From a virus, in IMG/VR virus record IMGVR_UViG_3300045256_000135, positions 64,001 through 128,000 of that record: DNA of 64,000 bases; one strand, 5' to 3'. The first letter of the stretch is position 1, and every line of letters starts with the position of its first letter. The notes below the pieces were generated by a model that searched no databases, was not told where the DNA came from, and was given only the letters and a program-made list of their open reading frames with translations. This document shows positions 57,986-64,000 of the stretch, piece after piece. The translations under genes were made by a program, and so were the position numbers.

Positions 57986-59419
57986 ATGCCCGTTCCCAAG
58001 ACAACTGCCACCCAGTTTGAACAGAAGATTGCGCTAGGTATTAACCAGCGTGATCAACGGCAAAAGACAGAATACGGTCCGATCCGAGACATCGTTTGCC
58101 GAGCTCCATCAGTTGTACTGGAAGCGCAGAATGAGCGAATCAGGTCTCTGTTTCAGCTGTTGTCCTTACAGCAGGTTGATTCACTTGATCCAGCAGATAT
58201 TGACGCGTTTGTGTACAACGAACAGGTGATCCGCAGTCAAGGAACGTCATCGTTCACAACTCTGACGTTCTTTAGAAAGACGCTACCAGTTTCAAACATT
58301 ACAGTCCCGACTGGGTTTCCGGTCGGAACTGATCGCGACCCGGTAACAGGAGCTCAGATCACGTATGTTACGCTTGAGCCTGTTACGCTTGTGGCACTAA
58401 ACGCATCTGCGTACTTTAACGGCGTGACTGGTCGATACGAGTTAACCGTAACTGCAGGGTCCGTAACCACGGGAACCAATACCACTGTAGCAGCTGGTGC
58501 TCTCAAGAACCCACTACGACCTCTGATTGGGTTCGATGGCGTGACCAATTCTGAGTCAACTGGTGGTCTTCCAGCAGAAACAAACCAACAAGTAGCTGAT
58601 CGATATGGACTTAGAGTTCGTGGTACAGAGATTGGTACACCACCAGGTCTTAGTAGATATGCTAGGCAAACGTTTGGTAGCATCCAAGACCTCTACCTTG
58701 TCTATGGGAATGATCCATTTCTAACCAGAGCAGCAAAAGACGCGGGTGCGGTTGACGTTTGGGTGCTAGGTAGCAGTCCGGTTCAACGGGTAATGACTGC
58801 TCCGTTTCCTGGGCGCTTGATCCCAATTGCATTCGATAAACAACCAGGGATCGACATTGTTTCGGTTCAGTCAGGTGTAACCTACACACAGAACGTCGAT
58901 TATCAATACTACAGCGACCCCGGTGTTTGGTCTAGATCAACACGTGGTTCAGACGGAGTCGTCTTCACATCCACAGGTGCAGCTCCCGCGATTGGGGATC
59001 CCGTTACAATAACGTATCGATACGACAATCTTATCATTGCTTTGCAGTCGTTTTTTACCATTCCAGAGTACTACGAAACAGGTCGTGATGCACTGTTCCG
59101 CAGAGGAATTGAAGTTGGCTTCTCAATCTCAGGCAATTTGAAAGTGAATGCTGGGAATCCGCTAGTAGTGCAGGGCCAGTCAGCTCAAGCACTTCTAGAC
59201 TACTTCAATGGCAACCAAATCCAGCGTGGCCTCAGATTGGGGCAAGCTGTCGAGCTGTTTGACCTTGATGCTGAACTAAGTCGTGTACCCGGCGTGGACA
59301 ACTTTACCTACACACAACTTGCTCCTTTAGGAGTAGTTGGTGTAAATCAAGACACTCCCATGCTTCCAAACCAATACGCAAGACTCAACATTGCTGACCT
59401 AACGATCACGTTGGTGTAA
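57986..59419 (+). CDS. Baseplate J-like protein
   Basis: VTN.ESTGG..AETN...GT..G...GAVDVWV...VPGVD. Confidence 0.8.
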   Translation: MPVPKTTATQFEQKIALGINQRDQRQKTEYGPIRDIVCRAPSVVLEAQNERIRSLFQLLSLQQVDSLDPADIDAFVYNEQVIRSQGTSSFTTLTFFRKTLPVSNITVPTGFPVGTDRDPVTGAQITYVTLEPVTLVALNASAYFNGVTGRYELTVTAGSVTTGTNTTVAAGALKNPLRPLIGFDGVTNSESTGGLPAETNQQVADRYGLRVRGTEIGTPPGLSRYARQTFGSIQDLYLVYGNDPFLTRAAKDAGAVDVWVLGSSPVQRVMTAPFPGRLIPIAFDKQPGIDIVSVQSGVTYTQNVDYQYYSDPGVWSRSTRGSDGVVFTSTGAAPAIGDPVTITYRYDNLIIALQSFFTIPEYYETGRDALFRRGIEVGFSISGNLKVNAGNPLVVQGQSAQALLDYFNGNQIQRGLRLGQAVELFDLDAELSRVPGVDNFTYTQLAPLGVVGVNQDTPMLPNQYARLNIADLTITLV

Positions 59420-59420
59420 G

Positions 59421-62400
59421 ATGAGCACAGCCCTCATTACGATCAATCAGTCCGGTAAGCCTGCAGGTGTCTCCGATCAATCAAGAGATGACCTCGCTCT
59501 CTACACAGGACCAGGGACTGAGATTCAACTAAGCTATTCAGGGGTCGGAGCGACCACGTTTCAGTGGCTTATCATTGATCAGCCACCCGGAGCAACCGCC
59601 ACTCTTTCAACACCAACTCTCGCAACTACCAACTTGGTAAATGCAACGGTAGCTGGTAGCTACCTAATCCAACTGGTAGTCGATGGTGGTGGTTCTATTG
59701 GGCAGATTACCCGAAGAATTGCCGCAATTCAGATGAACACTCCAAGCTGGGTAACTCCAAGCTTGAACCGGCCACTCCGCATCCCCGCCACCTCCGAGAC
59801 CAACGAGTTTAACGTTGACTCAAGTCCTGGGTCAGGCACCAACCTTCGCGGTTGGGCTTTGGAGATGGACCACTTTTTCAGAACAATCGTCAACTTTGCG
59901 TTTGGCACGATTGTCTCAGTTAACGGTGTTCAAGTTGGCACAGAAGCATTTCGACAGATTAACTTCTCCTCAGCGTTCTCCGGTGCTGATGCTGGTTCTG
60001 GGCAGGTAGACATTGGCTTGTCTGGATCGGTAGGTGGGATCTCAAACCTCAAGAACAACAATGTTGCTGTTGCTGGTTCTCCCTTCACAACCCTAGATTC
60101 GATCACACCAGACATCGCCACATCGTTTACGTATCAACCCACGCTAAACGTACAGTTTGAGAATGGTAGTAGCAATACCGGAAGACTGATCGCGACTGCA
60201 GGTGCCCACCAAGATCTTTCGCACGCACCTGGTATCGTTAAGGATCCAACTGTAACGCAGGCTGGGCTAGCCACTACGGTTAACACGGGTCCGAATCCGA
60301 TGACAGTTGCTGTCGCCGCACTTAATGCAGGTGGCACGCCAATTAGTGTGGTAACAAAGGGTCGAGTCGTAACACCTACCCAACTCCCATCAGGGTTTAC
60401 TGTCTCGCTCGCATCTCCTGGTACTACGCGCACTTTATACGATGTGTACCTCAAGTCGACCGACCTAACCCTAGACTTGTACGTGTACGCACAGACACTG
60501 AGTGCTAATGCTCCAGCAGTTCTGATTAACACGTCTCCGAATTTTCCAACGGGTTCCTACACTCTTGCAGTTGATGGGGCTGGTTTGTGGACGTTTGGGG
60601 GTGGTGAAAGCGTACTACAAGACGTGACCCAAGCTCAAGAAGTGATGCGGCTGTATTTGCCGAACGCCGTTGACTGGGTTGAGATCTATCGTTACACCAC
60701 CTCCGGTGCTGTTTCTGATAGTTGGACGATCAATGCCTGCAACCCCAACCACTACCTACCAATCTTTAGAGCACCCTACTGGCTAAACCCAGCTGGTAGC
60801 GTTAGCACATGGGGTTGGGCACAAAGCGGAACCCAGCGAGTCATTGACACTCGTCCCTACGGTACTGAGGATCTAGCACATGCACAAGACTCAATTCTGA
60901 AGCGAATCGATCTTGTTGGTGCTGACCAATGTCTGGACTTCGGGGTTGTGTTTTCGCACAAGCGAACTCTCAATTCTGCAACAGACCAAGGTGTTGACAG
61001 CTTTGCACTTACTACAGCAGGCGGTGCAGCTCCAGCAAACGCTACAGGTATCACAGGCGGTGCTGTTTGGATTCGAGGCCGCCGCTATGAAGTGAAGAGT
61101 ACGACACTGTTCTCTTCGCTCGGGTTGCTTTCAACCTACGCTGTTGTGGGTGTGACCGTTGGGCCAAATCAAACTCCAGCGATCACTGCAGTAACTGCGG
61201 TTTCTCCGGCAAATCTTATCAGTTTCGTACGCGCTCAAGTGCTGAAGCTGAAGCTGAATCCAACAGGGCAAGACATTGAAGAGACTGTGTTTTGCCCGCT
61301 GTACTTTGGGTCGATTAACGCCAGCTCCGTTATGGTGGTAGACGAACGAATCGATCTGCGCAGAAACGTTGGCAGTCTCAATACGTGGACTGTCGGAACT
61401 CGTACCTACGATGCTCTGACTGCTATCGGCACTGCCCTTCAAGGTTCAGTTGCGTACAACGGCAACATGGTAACCGATTACTTCGGTCCAGAGTACGAGA
61501 GCGTAGCATCCGCTCTACTTTGGCACGGTGTGATCACAGGTTCGAACAACCTGGAGCGTAACGGTGGTACGCTAGATAACCCGCCAACAAAGATTGAAAT
61601 CATTCGCGACACTTACGAGACCTTCCCGATTACGCTGTGGAATAACGTCTCTATCAGGGGTTGTGGCTTCCCTGCCATCAATATCACTCCGAGAGGCAAC
61701 TCAGCCTATCATGGGGCTGGGTTTCTCTACATTGGTGGCACTACGGCGCTAGCTGCTGGTGTTGGTAATCAGCTCTGCTACAACGTTGAAGTCAGTGGTG
61801 TTCGAATTGTAGCTACTGCTATCACTGGCACTGCCGTTGGCACGGAGCTGCTAAAGCTTACCGCGCCGAAGTGGGACAACACCAACTACACAAACGTTAA
61901 GCAGCCCTACGCGAGCTTGAAGAACGTCAAGATTTCGAACGTAGAGTTTGCTGTCAGCAACGGTGCAGGTTATGTGGTTGGCTCGGGGCTTGCTGCCATC
62001 CGTGTAGTTCCAGAGAGCGGAACAGCACCGTTTACGTCTGGATTCACAAGTGATCTGAAGTTTGATCACCTAGAGCTCGCACCTCAGGCTTTCGATTCAA
62101 CTGCTGCTTCCACTCTGGTGTTTTGGGACACAGCAATTCATTTTGCCGGGACCTCAGTTGCACCACAAGTTTATACGGGTGAGAACACACTGATCGAAGG
62201 CTCCGATCTTCGTTCAAATGTGGTCGGGTTAAAGTTTGCTTCTGCTGGACAGAAGAAGCTGAGACTGTGCAATAACAAGGTTGATGTCCTAAGCAGCACA
62301 GCATCTAAGGGTCTGGAAATCACAGACTCAAAGATGCAATTGCAGGTGGTTGACAACATTTTTACACTGACATCGACAGTTGCCACTGCATATGGTGTTG

Positions 62401-64000
62401 AGGTAACATCGTCAGCACTTCTGCAGTCGATCATCTCTAGAAACACACTTGGGTTAAGTGGCACCAACAACTCTCTGTCAATTGGTGTTTATCTCAATTC
62501 AGCTGGTACGAATGACCTGCAGTTCACAGGCAACAGACTTGCTGGATTTAGAACGGGATTCTCTGCTCAAGACGTTACCACTGTGACCGTAGCTCAGAAC
62601 ACGTTCACGATTGGTACGGCTTCAATCGATGGAAGCTCGAGAGGGTTGGTACAGTCCGGGCTGCAGACTGATTTCAATGTACGTGGAAACACATTCATTG
62701 GCTTCAGAGAAGCGATTGAGTTGACTGGTTCAGGTGCTTGCCAAGGCATTCTGGTTGCGGAAAACACGATTCGCGGCCAGATTGACTACATCACTGAGGG
62801 TAGCTACCATGCCAGAGGGGTACTTTACACCTACTCTGGTGCCGTATCGTCGGTTGACATCGGATTGGTGATCCGCGACAACCTCATCCAAGACCTGGTT
62901 GGCGACGCTGGAGTCAGTGATCCTTATGGCATGCCTGGTGGTGGCATCATTGTTGGAACCTCCGCAAGAACTGGCGTGTTTTACGGCGTGACCATAAAGG
63001 GTAACACGATCAGATTCAATCATGGCGTGAGTCGAACCAGCATCTCCACAATGTGGGCCGCGGGAATCTACTGCGCTGGAAACTTCGCTGGCAGTTCTAT
63101 TCGGCAAAACCACATCATCAATAACGACACAAAGTTCAACAACACAGCCCTCGGAAACAATGGCATCGTTGTTGACAACGCTGTGGCCTATGCTGGATTG
63201 GTGGATGCAGGGGTAGACATCTCTGACAACACCATTCTGTGGATGTCTTGCAATGCCGTTGACTCTGGCGGCACTCCAGTCTGGGACAAGCAGGCGGGCA
63301 TCTCGCTATTCGGTCGTTCCGACTTGTCCTCGATCAAGAATAACACAATCAAGCTTCAGTGCAGATTGGAAACTGCTGGTAGCCGGTATGGCTACATGCA
63401 TGGCATTCTTGTTGGCCAGATTGGCACTTTGACGAATGCAGCGCAAAGACTGTCAATTGTCGGTAACACAATCGAGGGTTGTCAGATTGATTCGACTGTC
63501 AATATTCCAGGGACTGTTGGTGCTGCTATTCAGGTTGCTGGAAACGCGGTGGACATTGACATCCTCGACAACAGTGTGAAGGGCATTTTCGTCGCGCATC
63601 CCAGCTACACGATTCCAGCACTGACCAGCCTGATAACTGTTGCTGTTGAAGGTAGTGCTGCACACTCTGGCATCGGTATCAATAACAACAAGATTGTCGG
63701 ACTCAGCTCTGCAGCATTTTCTGGCGTTCCTGGTGCTCAACTTGGCGCAGGTATCAGAGTTGGATCGACCGTCTGCGCAACTTCTTCGAACGTAAGCATT
63801 CGTGGAAATCATGTTGATGTTGAGCTTAACAGTAATGCGTCTCTAACTCACTCTGGTGCGATCGTACTAGAAGCACTTGATGCGGGGGTAACCACGGTTG
63901 GTTCTCATGCAATCATCAGCGCCAACTTTGTAAAGCGTACAGACCAAGGAGGTGCTCAGAGATCTAGAGGCATCAAGGTGGTTGGGTACAACTACGGGTC
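59421..64000 (+). CDS. Large tail fibre / tailspike with right-handed beta-helix repeats (3'-truncated; absent from ORF track)
   Basis: Manual translation: MSTALITINQSGKPAG...FQW.IIDQP.G (PKD/Ig-like); spot checks downstream in the same frame give many [IV]xxN[TL][IF] repeats; not every codon was checked. Confidence 0.75.
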   Translation, partial: MSTALITINQSGKPAGVSDQSRDDLALYTGPGTEIQLSYSGVGATTFQWLIIDQPPGATATLSTPTLATTNLVNATVAGSYLIQLVVDGGGSIGQITRRIAAIQMNTPSWVTPSLNRPLRIPATSETNEFNVDSSPGSGTNLRGWALEMDHFFRTIVNFAFGTIVSVNGVQVGTEAFRQINFSSAFSGADAGSGQVDIGLSGSVGGISNLKNNNVAVAGSPFTTLDSITPDIATSFTYQPTLNVQFENGSSNTGRLIATAGAHQDLSHAPGIVKDPTVTQAGLATTVNTGPNPMTVAVAALNAGGTPISVVTKGRVVTPTQLPSGFTVSLASPGTTRTLYDVYLKSTDLTLDLYVYAQTLSANAPAVLINTSPNFPTGSYTLAVDGAGLWTFGGGESVLQDVTQAQEVMRLYLPNAVDWVEIYRYTTSGAVSDSWTINACNPNHYLPIFRAPYWLNPAGSVSTWGWAQSGTQRVIDTRPYGTEDLAHAQDSILKRIDLVGADQCLDFGVVFSHKRTLNSATDQGVDSFALTTAGGAAPANATGITGGAVWIRGRRYEVKSTTLFSSLGLLSTYAVVGVTVGPNQTPAITAVTAVSPANLISFVRAQVLKLKLNPTGQDIEETVFCPLYFGSINASSVMVVDERIDLRRNVGSLNTWTVGTRTYDALTAIGTALQGSVAYNGNMVTDYFGPEYESVASALLWHGVITGSNNLERNGGTLDNPPTKIEIIRDTYETFPITLWNNVSIRGCGFPAINITPRGNSAYHGAGFLYIGGTTALAAGVGNQLCYNVEVSGVRIVATAITGTAVGTELLKLTAPKWDNTNYTNVKQPYASLKNVKISNVEFAVSNGAGYVVGSGLAAIRVVPESGTAPFTSGFTSDLKFDHLELAPQAFDSTAASTLVFWDTAIHFAGTSVAPQVYTGENTLIEGSDLRSNVVGLKFASAGQKKLRLCNNKVDVLSSTASKGLEITDSKMQLQVVDNIFTLTSTVATAYGVEVTSSALLQSIISRNTLGLSGTNNSLSIGVYLNSAGTNDLQFTGNRLAGFRTGFSAQDVTTVTVAQNTFTIGTASIDGSSRGLVQSGLQTDFNVRGNTFIGFREAIELTGSGACQGILVAENTIRGQIDYITEGSYHARGVLYTYSGAVSSVDIGLVIRDNLIQDLVGDAGVSDPYGMPGGGIIVGTSARTGVFYGVTIKGNTIRFNHGVSRTSISTMWAAGIYCAGNFAGSSIRQNHIINNDTKFNNTALGNNGIVVDNAVAYAGLVDAGVDISDNTILWMSCNAVDSGGTPVWDKQAGISLFGRSDLSSIKNNTIKLQCRLETAGSRYGYMHGILVGQIGTLTNAAQRLSIVGNTIEGCQIDSTVNIPGTVGAAIQVAGNAVDIDILDNSVKGIFVAHPSYTIPALTSLITVAVEGSAAHSGIGINNNKIVGLSSAAFSGVPGAQLGAGIRVGSTVCATSSNVSIRGNHVDVELNSNASLTHSGAIVLEALDAGVTTVGSHAIISANFVKRTDQGGAQRSRGIKVVGYNYG

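Noticed and set aside
40342-59419. Bacterial contractile injection system (eCIS/tailocin)
   Set aside because: Terminase, portal, protease and capsid genes are in the same operon, so this is a phage.
1-64000. Alternative genetic code, inteins or introns
   Set aside because: The standard code gives dense, tightly coupled long ORFs using all three stops; no intein or homing-endonuclease motifs recognised in terminase, portal or MuF.

Overview
The whole window is one + strand virion-morphogenesis region of a large contractile-tailed (myovirus-type) phage. Gene order: terminase large subunit (possibly 5'-truncated); three large multi-domain putative head-cargo proteins (tandem HipA/PI4K-type kinases; ferritin-like + Zn fingers + InPase; wHTH-like repeats + ADP-ribosyltransferase-like); portal; MuF head-morphogenesis protein; prohead protease; scaffold; decoration protein; major capsid; a small accessory island; neck and fibre genes with an embedded methyltransferase-glycosyltransferase-TPR gene; sheath; tube; G/GT-type chaperone; three paralogous tape-measure-like genes; baseplate; and a beta-helix tail fibre/spike that runs off the 3' end and is missing from the ORF track. 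The most notable observations are: (1) a complete -1 frameshift signal that would fuse portal to MuF; (2) putative effector cargo proteins sharing a duplicated His/Cys tag and K/R-x-A motifs; (3) triplicated tape-measure-like genes; (4) an IscB-type PLMP domain fused to a phage gene; (5) a recurring ACAGCTA-N6-TAGCTGT intergenic element. All calls come from motif recognition by eye and gene order; no searches were run. No tRNA, rRNA or CRISPR array was seen.
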